Below are positions 12,303 to 24,337 of a DNA stretch of 64,000 nt, piece by piece. Where the stretch lies: NCBI GenBank assembly GCA_965235115.1, contig OZ249444.1:5146001-5210000 (forward strand), given 5' to 3'. Source of the stretch: Laetmonice hystrix (Eukaryota). The translations under genes and the position numbers were made by a program. The notes beneath the pieces were generated by a model. It saw only the letters and a list, made by a program, of their open reading frames with translations. It was not told where the DNA came from and ran no database searches. The first letter of the stretch is position 1. Each line of letters begins with the position of its first letter.

Positions 12303-15221
12303 ATTTTTTGTTGCAGTTGAGAGTTTCAGACCCAGAACGAGTAACTGAGTTTGGGATTTTACGCCCTGTCTAGTGTCGGCAGTTTGGCAGCTGTATTGTC
12401 ATGTTTACACTGTGACCGACTCACACTCACTGTGGTGATTATCGTTGTTTGCGTCATCACCACCGACCCTCTGATAGCAACCAATCAGATCACTCCTTTC
12501 ATACCCTCACCACACCGACAGTCTGGGATCAGTTTTCGGTTCAAAATCACGTCATCAATTCAGTTGAATATAGCATTGTATGCGCACGAGTCAGGTCGGG
12601 ACCTTCTTATTATTTTGTTTGGTCTGGGTTGAACCCATTGCTTCTTCAAGTACCAGGCGAGGATGGTGAAGGTGCACTGACACAGAACCCCCTCAGTTAC
12701 AGGCTGCAGGGTGGGTGTATTCGCCGGGAACTCCAGTTGTCTTCACGGATAACACCGCCTCGATGTAGCAGTAAATCTAGTCCAACGTATTGGCAGTAAG
12801 AGACTGCCCATGTAGACATTCTTTCTCTGTCAGCAGAACGCAGAGTGAAGGGTGTCAGCTGACATTATATTTTATCTGTTCTAACTAACAATAGTCTTGA
12901 GTTACTAACATTACAATCCCCAGGATGAAGCAAGTATTTTGATATTCCCCCCAGAACAGCTTTATACATTAAGGATAGGTTTATATCAGGCCGGTTGAAA
13001 ACTGCACCATTGTGATATATAATATGAGGCTGACTGGTCCATACAGGTGGACAACAGAGAAAACAGGTAGAAGCCACTGCCACGTTCCATTGTACACACG
13101 TGGGCAGGTTCTACACCACACACATACATCATCCATTAGTTTGGCGTGGCACAAACGGTGACAGTTATGATGCTAATATATTTTGTTGGGTGACAAGAGA
13201 AAAAGTGGCAATTGTGAATAGCAGGAAGCTGGTCAGTTGGAGCCATTGACGTGAGTGTATTGGTGTGAATATTAAACGAAGCCATGATATATGACCGGCA
13301 TAGATGGCGGACATTGGTGGGGTAGAGTTATGACCGATACTGGTGTTTTGATTGTGGGAAGTTACGACAGGTGGGTTTATATACGTCAGCTGCCACGTGG
13401 GTTGTTCCGGCGTTTTCAGGCCTACCGGGGGTGATGTTGTCTAGGATCTAATGGGGAGATGGGGGGGGGGGGGGCGTCGGCTGGCTGCATGATGGAAGCA
13501 AGTACTAACCGTCTCTTTGGTAACCTTCTACCTTTACCTCAAGTCCCACTTCTGCCGACTTCTAAACAACAGATGGTATGGGTGACAGCAGATGTTAACA
13601 GTTGCTGTCTGCTGTGACAATAAGACGGTGCTCCATCGGCCCAGGGACAGTATTTGGAATATTACAGGTTTATAGATAAGAAATCTATGGCGTAATGTTT
13701 CTTGTGTTTGATCATTGATAGGAATAGGTATGATTGTGTCATGCCAAAGTAACTCTGTAGGCATGTAAGCATGTACCGTTACAACTCCCAGCAGAGCCTT
13801 GTATTTAAAAAACAGCTTTGAAGTCTGATATAATTTCGATAGCAAAGCTCTGAGATTCTGTGGTTTCCCATAGAGACCATGAACAGAGTATGGCATGCAT
13901 TTCATTCCGTTCTACAGTGTGAGCCAGCTCCATTATAGACGGATAATTTTCTTGTCCCTAGTAAAGACCAAAGCATCCTGGAGCCTGAGTGTATTATTGG
14001 TGATAATGCACGGTAAGGTTTTCACGTTGTACGGCAGGGATACAGATTACAATACATCATGTGAAGTAAAAGTTCATTGGAAAGATAAGTAGAACCATTG
14101 TTTGTTTGATTAGACATATCAGGTTACGGTTTTAGCAGAATGTCGAGTGTGATAACTATGACATTTAGACCATTGGAAGGTCGTGAAAAGGCGACATTGA
14201 TGTCGATACAGACATGGTAAATGCAGCACGACAGCAACTCTAGAAACCCTTCACACACGTCAATGGAGTATGTGCAGTCAACAGCATTGATTTATACCAC
14301 ATGAGCATCTTAAAGTTTTTCTTGGATTTAAATTAGAAAACTACTTTATCAATTTTTTGGACGTCTTATTTTGCAGAAGATGGCATGTTTGTCATGGTAA
14401 TGTCACTTCGGGGATTCCCAAATATATTGAGGTGTCGAGACGAAAACCTCGGAGCGAGATGAGAAACCCATTCGTCCATATTCACAGCGACAGCACAGCT
14501 TTCCAACCGTATGCCTTTGAGCGAGCAAGCAAATGAAATGTTTTAAAAGTAAAGCTTTGCTTTCATTTTCCCTTCGCTCATCGGAGTAAATCCCGCGAAA
14601 GGCTTAGGGGCCTGAAGTTTCTTCCAGTCTGGGCGGGCGTGATAAATCTTCCCGATTTACGAGGTTATCGAGACTGCAAGATGATGACAGCCCCGTACAC
14701 ATGCATGTCGTGAACGAGTCGGGCGAGAGGAGGTTTTCTCGGTCTTAGATCACAACCAACAGGATGTTAAACTCGGCAGCAATGGATGGCTTCAGTAAAT
14801 CGTAATTAATTAGTCCAAGACTGGATGACGAAATTAGAATAAAATTGAAGAGGCCCGGAAATATTTCAATCAACATCCAGCCCCTAAATACCATTCACAT
14901 TTCAATCAAAGACGTTGTATTCGTGATTGCGTTGGCTTAATGGCTATTTTCTGTCAGGCTCTGAACTTCTTCTCGTTCGGCATCTGGCCCCGAGTTGAAG
15001 AACTCCAAAATGAAACATTTCCTTGACATGTTTACTATACAGTTTGGAATGTAAACCCCAAAAGAACCCCATGAGAAGGATTCCACGAATCCAAATATAC
15101 AGACGTTCAATCACATTAACTCAGTAAATACAGGCTGAAAATATCACTCACTCACTCTAGGTTTGATTTTCACTGTTTATTTCACTGAAATAAACACATT
15201 TCACTCGGCTACCGGAATTGG

Positions 15222-15305
15222 CGGTGGCCGAGTGAGCATGGGCGTTGATACCTTATGCTATGCCAATAGGTGCAGTAATCTTGGGGCCGGGGTTCAATTC
15301 CAGTA
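15222..15305 (+). mobile_element. Degenerate tRNA-derived SINE head or tRNA-like pseudogene
   Basis: A-box-like TGGCCGAGTG (15225-15234) and B-box-like GGTTCAATTCC (15291-15301) in the correct order. No cloverleaf can be folded. Confidence 0.35.
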
Positions 15306-15550
15306 GAGGACTATAATACAACTTAAATTCTCTTTCCGAACATTCTGAATATGAGGGCTCTGTTGTCTGACATCGTGCCGAAAACAAACGACCGCAAACA
15401 GTTCAATGGAGATGAATGGAGCGCGGTCTAGGTGGTGCTGCCTTCCAAGGACTCCAAACCAACATGACAAAATAACGGAAGGTCGTCGACATACGTTGTG
15501 CATGATCTCCTAGGGTTGTGCGCTGAAAGAACAATTGATTCCCCCTTTAC

Positions 15551-15809
15551 CATTGGTGCCGTCTGAATGGTTGGGGCAGGCTGAGATATCATAGCATTGA
15601 TGTTCTGAGCCGATGGTCAATGGTTCCTGACAGACACTATCCGCTTCCAGGGCCTGGGCTCTGGGCAATGCTATGTCAGTTAGGAGAGCCGACGACCGGC
15701 GTCTACTGAGCAATATCCGTGTGGTGTTGACCTCTTGACATGTGATCGGAGACACTGCTTCACGGGGTGTCTGGTGACAGCGTTCAGACATCACAGCCAG
15801 AGGTGGGGC
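15551..15809 (-). CDS. Candidate exon of an unidentified host gene
   Basis: Acceptor ttgttttttaacag| and donor aatg|gtaaag; 259 nt; only one frame is open (APPLAVMSERCHQ...RRRSS...HSDGTN). No recognisable domain. Confidence 0.4.
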
Positions 15810-16222
15810 CTGTTAAAAAACAATTTTTTTTCTTTCATGCCATCGATATTTCCTAATAGATGGTCAAAAAAAGCAAGTACATTCGCGAGAACTAATTCGG
15901 AAATGGCACACTGTTTGGCTGGAATGTCTGAGCAATATAAATATAGGCTTACAAAGAAATTATTGTTACCATAGATGCATATTTATATGAACATTATCGG
16001 TTGGATAAGGGGACATATTTTCTTGAACACCCTGCGGACCTTTTGATAGAAAACAAAGCTCTAACCTTTTCGCGACACGGTTGGAAATTAATGTTCCTTC
16101 TCGCGCTTCCGGCAAACCTGGCGCCGTATTTATGAAATGCGATGTTTGACCCGCCTTGTAGTGATGTGAAGCTTTAACAGTATTCCTTGGTGATAGCTTT
16201 AATGTCTTCTCTAGTTACTTAC

Positions 16223-16287
16223 CTTTCTTCAGCTCAGAAAAGTATATTTGCCTACAGGTATAGGGACCGTTGTATTCTTAGCATTAG
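16223..16287 (-). other. Candidate non-coding (5'UTR-like) exon
   Basis: Acceptor tgtgtcttttag| and perfect donor aag|gtaagt; 65 nt; stops in all three frames. Confidence 0.3.
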
Positions 16288-16814
16288 CTAAAAGACACAT
16301 ATAATATTTCTTTATACAGAAAGACCAGATTATCATATTGTGGCCCGAGAACAACATATTTATCTGTAGTTCAAGTAGTTTCTTTCACAATAAACAATTG
16401 TAAACAACAATGACAAGATCCCACATGTATTATTCACAACAATAAAGGATCGAACAATAACGTGTGGTGTATGCGCTATATATATATATGTCAAGCACAA
16501 CCCCCAAAACAGAACATTGCTTTTCGGATCGTATGAAACAAACGAGTCCGGCTGCCGGGGGAGGGAGAGGAGAAACAATACAAACAATACAATAGAGTTG
16601 AAAGAGGTCATCAGATGTCATCAGATTGAGAAGGTCGTGGCTTTTGTTTGCGTGCAGTACGACCTAATACTGATGAGGGACTGAAAGTTGATCTCGGCAG
16701 GTATCGCCGTGTCCGACTCCTTGACATGGTATACACATGACCAAGGCTTGCCGCTTGCATTGTTGGAACCGGTCCTTTTATAGGCCTATCCACAGTGGGG
16801 AGAAAGCCATTCAG

Positions 16815-17081
16815 CAGGGCCGGATCCAGAGGGGGGGGGGGGGGGGCGGGTTGCGGGTTGCAACCCCCACCCCTCTTAGAAATCTAGAAAAATGCTATCT
16901 GAACATGCTAAAGCCAGATTTCCACCAGATTGCCCCAGTGCACAGTGCACAGTGCACAGTGCACAGTGCTATATTAGTTGGCAAAATATAAATGTAGGCC
17001 TAATATCTTGGCGATAAAGTGTTTTTTCACCTGTCAAGTTGTTGCACCCCCCCCCCTTAAAAAATTGTGAATCCGGCCCTG
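16815..17081. mobile_element. 267-bp MITE, CAGGG termini, 5-bp TSD (hAT5-like)
   Basis: TIR CAGGGCCGGAT 11/11; TTCAG at 16810-16814 and 17082-17086; internal (CACAGTG)4 and poly-G/poly-C tracts. Confidence 0.75.
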
Positions 17082-19324
17082 TTCAGGCTAGTACATAACC
17101 ATTCGTATATAGCCAGACTTCGTTTATCCAAACAACTTGATGCCAATCTGTTTGGTTTGTGAAACATGCAGGTGATCGATTTACTTTGAATAGGAAATGA
17201 TTGAAGAGGTTACAAGAAAGTTTGTTTGGAGTGCGAGCTAGACGGATTAATGAAGCAGGTTGAACGAGCTGTGATTGCAATATGTTTGTGGCATTTAAAG
17301 GCGTCACTAATTAGACTCATTAGGATAAGTCCAAAGACAAGCGACAATTCTCAAATTGAAGTAAATGACGGCAACGTGATTTTGTTGTTGTTTTCCCTCT
17401 AGTATATAAATTGTTGAAAATTATGACCTGGAAGGGGACCAGCCTCTTCAACCAATGAAACTGTCGATATGTTCATAGAAGAACGGGGGGTTGGCGAGGC
17501 ACAGAACGCTTGAATGGAGGAAGAGCGATCTGGGGGTCCTTTCTTACTCTCGTGTGGTACAGCCCTACTTATGGTGAGGTAAGGCCGTCTTGGCTGTCTT
17601 ACAAACAGACCCTCCCATGTAGGCGGTTGGGACTTGACAGGGAATTAATATTTACATGATGAGTGATGCCTAACTGCCGTCCGATTGGAGCATTGGAAAT
17701 GAAGGCAACAAAACATGGTTTTGAAGAGAATTGATGAGGTGTGACATGCGATGAAATCATGCCTTGTCACAATGCTTTGTTTCAATTGTTAAAGAGAGAT
17801 AAAGTCATGTTATTGTAGAGTCATAACCACGTGTCGTGATGACGTCTGTCGGTAACGATCATAAATTCAGTGCCCCAAACTGCTGGATGACATTTCCATG
17901 CATCAAACTTGCTTCTATCATGCTTCTATATGCGGTGTTAAAAAGAAGTTTAAACACCATCATTTTTATAAATTTTTGCCCGCAAATTTCGCACAAGCAT
18001 AAGTAGACGTGAGATTAAACAAAATCCTGCATGTCAATTCTAAACTTGAAATCATAGGCCTATTATAGGGAAAACATGATTCTGTGTTTTGTGTAAGGTT
18101 TTGTGGTAGGACATTCTAGAGATGGTCTTGACATTAGTCGGATAGCATCACGAGCGGTGCTGGTGCTCCTGCATGATCAGCCGTCCCTTACTATTCATAC
18201 TGAAAATATAACGAACAGAAAATCACATCACCGGCTGTTGCTTTAAAGTTGCATCATTAAATTATGATGGCCCATATAAACAAACAGCAAAATACACGTG
18301 TCATTAATAGTGAGATGGGGTCTGTAGGGTATCGTCACGTGTGAGCATACGTCACTTGTGATATACTAACCCCCACCCCACCCCCAACACCCCTCACCTC
18401 CCACACCCCAACCACTGCCAACTTCTGGGCCCAACAGTTAAGGAATGACCACTTAGTAGTGCCACTTATTGAATCGACAGGCGCAATGCCATCGCAATAA
18501 GTGTACAGAATAGATTGGTATCGAGCTTAGCATTCGTATTACACGAACCCCGCATGCTAATCTAGTGCGATCATTAGGAAAAACTCGCGTCTCATTCGAC
18601 TGAACAGAACTCCTCAGATTGGCTGACCTATTTAGTTATCGGCCTCGCTTTCACTATCCTCACGTGACTAAGTTGAGAGACAGCCGTGGATTTCAAGCAA
18701 GGCCATGTAACAATATTACAGTCTACTGCCCAGCTTTCCCTACCAATCCATTAATTCATTGTAATCTCGATCAGAAACCCCTATCAGCCTCCACATGATC
18801 GGTTTAGTGTATAAAGGGGACCCGAATGCCGGTCCCTGATTGGTTAGGGGCGAGGAGTCACGCACGCCCGGGGATTGCACGCGGAAGGACGGCGGAAATT
18901 CCTATTTTCTTGCGTAGATCATTTAGGGTTGACTGTCCTGGACGGTGTTGCCAGGTTGAGGTCATTTATTTTGTGTGTCTATGTCGGTGATTTACTAGCG
19001 AAAACGGCAGCACAGTTTCGGGGACTCGGCTATTACTGTGCAATTGCCCCATGGGTTCGTGTTGGGAATAGTGATGGGGAGTTGCTTCCTCCCACTATAT
19101 TACGTGCGTGGGGACGGTACCAACAAGGATGTACCTTTTTGGGCCCTTTAGAGAAGTCAGCCGCGGGGAAGGTCAGGTAGGGTCTAATGTTTTAGCAATC
19201 TGACAGACTGGTTAGAAGCATGTATAGTGTATATTATGTAAGCTGGGCGATTGTTTTATAGGCACCAAGGTTTTAGGAGTCAGTACAGACAGTGTGAATT
19301 ATGCATGGACAGCAAACTGCGACT

Positions 19325-19640
19325 AATATTGTCGGCTGCCCGCATGACGTGCCCGGAAGTATAATCGGCAGCGCTCCCTAGCGGATCTGCAGCGGTGGCG
19401 GCCTGTGTGACCAAACTACGCCGACGACATCCTCCCGAAGTATCCCGGATGTTTGGTTGGGGTGTGTAGAGGGGGGGGGGGGGGGGGGGGGTTGTTGGCG
19501 TGAATTGTCAGCAATGCCCTATGACAAAGACCACCACTGACATGACATGTATCTGTAAGCGGAGGGGTCACTGGGACGTGAAACCACTGCCGTGAGTGTT
19601 TTAGTCGCGTCGATGAGCGCCAGGTGGCGCTACATGCGTG
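19325..19640. promoter_or_regulatory. CpG-rich candidate promoter (ETS CCGGAAGT plus ATGACGTG), possibly bidirectional
   Basis: ATGACGTG at 19344-19351 and CCGGAAGT at 19353-19360, local CpG enrichment, and a donor-like gcc|GTGAGT at 19592. Motif inference only. Confidence 0.35.
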
Positions 19641-19789
19641 ACGTGTGCGCTGACAAGGTGGTGAGACAGACGATCAACGATGTTCACTAGACGACAGGAG
19701 ATAAAACTATAAATTCACTCACTGACTCAACCATAGCCTACTTGGAGGGGAGAGTTATCCTTTATCGAGGGATGTCTGTGTTCCTTTAA

Positions 19790-20009
19790 AGGCAGGGTAA
19801 ACACCCACGGCAAATAAGGTTTCGTAGACCAAATGAAACACCAGCACACAAGAAGGTCAAGGTAAGAACCAGCGGCGTCATACATCAGGCGGTTACACGT
19901 TAATTACTTCATTCTGACAACGTAATTGTGGCATTTATTGCCCTCAGTTAAATGCTGGTGTTTCATTTGGTCTATGAAACCTTATTTGCCGTGGATGTTT
20001 ACCCAGCCT
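19790..20009. mobile_element. 220-bp Kolobok-like MITE, TTAA TSD
   Basis: 57-bp TIRs (19790-19846, 19953-20009) with 3 mismatches; AG.. terminus; TTAA on both sides (19786-19789, 20010-20013). Confidence 0.85.
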
Positions 20010-21069
20010 TTAAACTTAGATTATCTACGCACCACACTAGACTCAGAGAGGATGAATGACCTTGTTTCTTGGATACACCCACGATGTCCCGACGTGAGGC
20101 CTTATCCTGGTTTTGTGTCCATTAAAAGCGCGCCTCACCTGTTACTAATCAGTAAGAGATGACGCTGCCAGGCTGATAACCATTTGAAAGGCTTCTGTTG
20201 TCTTCAGGTCAGGATGCCAGCATTCGTCATGGAGAAGATGGGCGACGTGAAACTGCAGACCCTGCAATGATGATCAAGATAATGATACCGCTGTTGAATT
20301 ATTCAGCGAAATGTGAACTTGGTCGATTATTTAGGGGGACACCATAACCAATTCCTTTGTACAAGAGGGGGGATTTCGCGGGGTAACCTTCGCGTTGTGG
20401 CCCCGACTGGAAAAGCCTGTCACCTTTTCTTCTGGCAATTTCCGCTCTTGATTCATAAATCTGAGGTTTTCATGTAGGGAATCATTAGTGGACTATTGTT
20501 TTCCACATAACACCCTCCCCTTGCGGCGAAGATCGTGGTATACTGAAGGTGTATGCTGCTGAACATCTGCCTAAACACTCAGGTCATTTGTCGGAGTTTA
20601 TCTAATGAATATCAAAAGACCAGACACTTTTCTTGGAAATAGCAAGTGTGGATGGTCGTCACTGCCAGGGAGTAGATAGACAAAAGAATTTTGAGAACGG
20701 TGTCGATTGTACCAAGGTATACGTCTCAGTAGATCGGGCCCTCTTTCTCAGCTCCAAGGCATTTTGACCTAGAACAAGGACAATGTTTAGGGGGGTGAGC
20801 TTGGCCAGATTGCCTGACTGGTGCCGCCCCTCCCACTTTTTATAGCAAGATATCATCCGTCGGGGGTGGGGGTGGGGGGGGGGGGGTTACTGAATCCGAA
20901 CTTGGCTTTACTCAGTAATTATCAGAGCTGTTAACCGAACCGACTGGAGCACCATCTGGTGGTGGCGGGCAGCTGTTGATTACTGGAGTGTCGGAGACAG
21001 GCACGGTGAGCGCCTCCTGGAGTATAATAGAGCCTTGCTGCGATTGGCATGCATGCTACAAATCCTTCC

Positions 21070-21290
21070 TGATTACATGGGCCCGCTGGGACATGAGGAT
21101 AGCATAGTCCCGACAAGGCGGGCAGGTGTGAACGAAATGCAACTCCCCTGAAATGCAGGTCCGAGGGACCTGCTATCCCTGAAGTATAAGTCCAACGGAC
21201 CTGCATTCCTACGACTTGAGGTCCGTTTTGTTGTATTATTTAAATATTTCTTAATAATCCTATTCCTAATCCTAACCTTAACCCTAATCC
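21070..21290. mobile_element. Possible Helentron/HINE-like remnant
   Basis: Sub-repeats with the hairpin GCAGGTCC-GAG-GGACCTGC followed by a degenerate (CCTAAC)n tract. Resemblance only; ends not defined. Confidence 0.25.
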
Positions 21291-21311
21291 GTATTTTCTT
21301 TACTATATTAA

Positions 21312-21832
21312 AGGGGCATGCTATGGAACACGTTTTGGAGGATTTCCGGCAACTATCCAAAATGACCGTGTACTAGGATCCAAGTAAATAATCCTACCAC
21401 AGCATTTTGTCCTCCGACGTGTTTTCGCTGCGTATGCAGCACAAGTAGGTTCTATGCGACCAAACGCATAGATTTCTCCCGATAGCACATCTCCCACCAT
21501 AATTTGGTAGACAACCTCCCATCAACCCGTGTAATCGCGTACTGCGTCACATCCTGCGTGTGCACTCTCTGCATGTGCTTAGTCACGTGCTTCGCTTATA
21601 ACAATTCAGCAGTTGCACTCGGTCTTCCGGCATCAGAATGCCACCCAAAAGTATTTTACGGAATCCTCAGAAAAGCGGGCAAGGGAGCTTAATAAAGTTC
21701 GATTTCTCACGCAAAATGAAACTGATAAGTCTGTCTTTGTTTACCAAGCAATTTTAATGAAGGATCTCTTTATGAAAACAGCAAAAGTTCTTTGAAATAC
21801 CGATTTTCCCCGTTTCCTCTTTATATGCCCCT
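21312..21832. mobile_element. 521-bp Kolobok-like non-autonomous element, TTAA TSD
   Basis: TTAA|AGGGGCAT...ATGCCCCT|TTAA; the TIR is only 8 bp. Confidence 0.5.
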
Positions 21833-21903
21833 TTAATTAGTTAATTACCTAGGACATGCATAACCAGGGAATCCAGGTCCACAAATCCCCATTCAGGTGT
21901 AGC

Positions 21904-22149
21904 GCCAGGATAGTAGTCCGCACAAAATAGTAGTCCGTCAAATTAGTAGTCCTTCCTTCCATCCAACCGGGGCACTAAATGTCAACGTATTTGGGACAGG
22001 ACGATTAAACATATGAGCACATTGGCCTGTAAAGAAGATATAAGACCATCTACGGTCACAAAATCACATGGAAATGGGATTTTGATGATGTGAACTACGT
22101 AGGACTACTAATTTGACGGAGTACTAATTTCTTTCACACATAGACTGGC
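21904..22149. mobile_element. MITE-like element with TAGTAGTCC sub-repeats
   Basis: 21928-21953 vs 22101-22126 inverted, 25/26 match; possible GCCAG..CTGGC outer ends; no TSD found. Confidence 0.5.
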
Positions 22150-24337
22150 AGATACTCGTATAGACTCGTATTAGACTGGACCATGAAGCCTCATCAACGC
22201 GTCCGTTCACTTATTTAGCTTGCGCATAACGATCAATATATATATATGTGCCAGGGATTGACACTTTAGTATGAAGTTCTGGGAATTACTTTATGTGGTG
22301 AAAGATGTAAATAGTAGGTCTCGTATCGGTGGAGCTAAACCAGCGTTTGGTCATGGAGACGAAGGTCATATACGGAAATATAGAAAGATGTATATTAATG
22401 GTTACTTTGAGAAGTGGTTGTGAGGATTGTCCGCGGGAGATGGGACCAAAAGGCTGTAGGAGGTTTGTGTTCGAACTACAGTGTCTCATATCTGTGGTCG
22501 ATAGGGTTGGGGTGTCAGTTCCTTGGTACATGGTAATCGTTTGTCCCAAACAATGTATGTCCCTATAGGAGTGGGGCCTCGGTTGTATGTTCCATGGAGT
22601 GGTGCTTCATTTCTGTGTCCCCGGGGGGAGGAGGCAACTGGGATTTCCATTTTTTTAAAATCAATATTGGGTCTGGATCCCCAATTGTGGCACTGGAATT
22701 GACACTTGCTCAGGAAGAACACCCCCCCCCCCCCCCACACACACACACAAGTTTTGGGCCACACTACTGCCCTTGTGCCAAGGAGTACGACCTCAGTTCT
22801 ACGGTCTAAAGAAGCGACCTGCGATCTATGACCGAAGAAAAGGGGACCGTCAGCTGTGCCACCCCATGGACAGGACTCCCAGCTCTGCTATACCGACCTC
22901 AAGGCTGAGCTAATCCCCCATTGACTGCGGGCCTAACACGTTATCACCCAATGGGTTTTATGTCACACTTGAGTACAAATCGATGATTGGCTTCGCCTTA
23001 CGTTTACCCTAAAGATACAGTGTTCTCAGCTGCATGCAGTGCCCGACCGTTTAGTGATATAGTATGCTGGTGAGGTCAGCCAACGGCAATCAAACCTGGT
23101 TGTACGGGCCAGGAGTTCGAGGTGTTCGTAGGGGGTCTAGTTACGCATATTTTCCGGTAGGTGTCAGTTTGCCACCGCAGTGATCACCACTGGTTGACCA
23201 AGTAGATGTCAGCAGTGACTTTCCGAGAGGGTTGATGGGGATCGAGTTCGTCTACATGAGTCTTTTAGAGACTTACTTGACCCTTTGCTTGGGTGTCAAA
23301 TAAGGATTTATTCCATGAAACTCGAAACTGAAAGCCAAAATCTTAGCTGGCTCTGCATAGAAAACGGACTTGATCTGGAAGTGTTAGCCGAACTTTTTCT
23401 GAAGGTCTAGGCATACAGAACAAGAAAATATAAAGTAAGTCACTAAAAGAATCATGTACAAGAATCATGAATCGCCTTTACTGCATGTGAAAGGCCCTTA
23501 TTGGTTGGATTCTACAAACAAAAGTAGGGCATCGACTGATTGCTCATTATCGCACGGAGAATCTTTTATGTACTTCCTGCTCTTGAAAGGTAGTTAATTA
23601 AAAAGGTGTTCTTAATTATGCTATAGTTATTACTTTTGGAAGTTTTATCTAAGGAGGAATAGGTAGGTCTTCATTTATGAAATTCATCAGCATGAAATTA
23701 GAATGCAAATTACATCATCATATCCTGTACCCACACTGCCATTAGGGTAAAATTAATTACCCTGATGGGGGTAACGAGCCATGATTAAGGAAAATGTATG
23801 AGATTAATTATTATATATTACCCACTGAGAAGAGAAGTTGATTGGGAAGTCAGTCTCCGCCCATATTTCTCAAACCTATATAATGTCATGTAGCTAATTT
23901 ATCGCCAATTATTGATGGTCTTCATGCTGACCTTAAATACACCGCAGGAAGTTTCTTTACGGTTTGGTGAACAATGACTAAAAAGAAATTGAGATCAAAA
24001 ACGATTTTTGTTATACATTTTAACATACTGATGCAGAATATTTTTATTATTAATTTTTTTTCATATTTTTTTGAATATTATGAAATACGAGAGACGTTCA
24101 AGATTCTTAGCCCCCGGAAACTCCCCCGGCAGATTTCTTTTTAAGTTGGTACTGTTATCAAATTACGGTAAGTTCAAGGATGTGCACAGGTTAAAATAGT
24201 TGTAATCATTAGACGTGGAAGCCATGATGAACTATGTACAGGCGAAAGTAATTGGATTCTGGAAATAAAGAAGTTCTGAATTAGCACAATCTAAATAATA
24301 CATTGTTGTCAAGATGTACGTAGCTCTTGTTCAGGCC

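Noticed and set aside
12620-12865. Exon-like or pseudogene-like GC-richer segment
   Set aside because: Each frame is interrupted by stops, splice sites are weak, and no motif was recognised.
16660-16695. Hammerhead-like CTGATGAG...GAAA
   Set aside because: Stem II lacks the G-C closing pair and no stem I/III partner with an NUH site was found.
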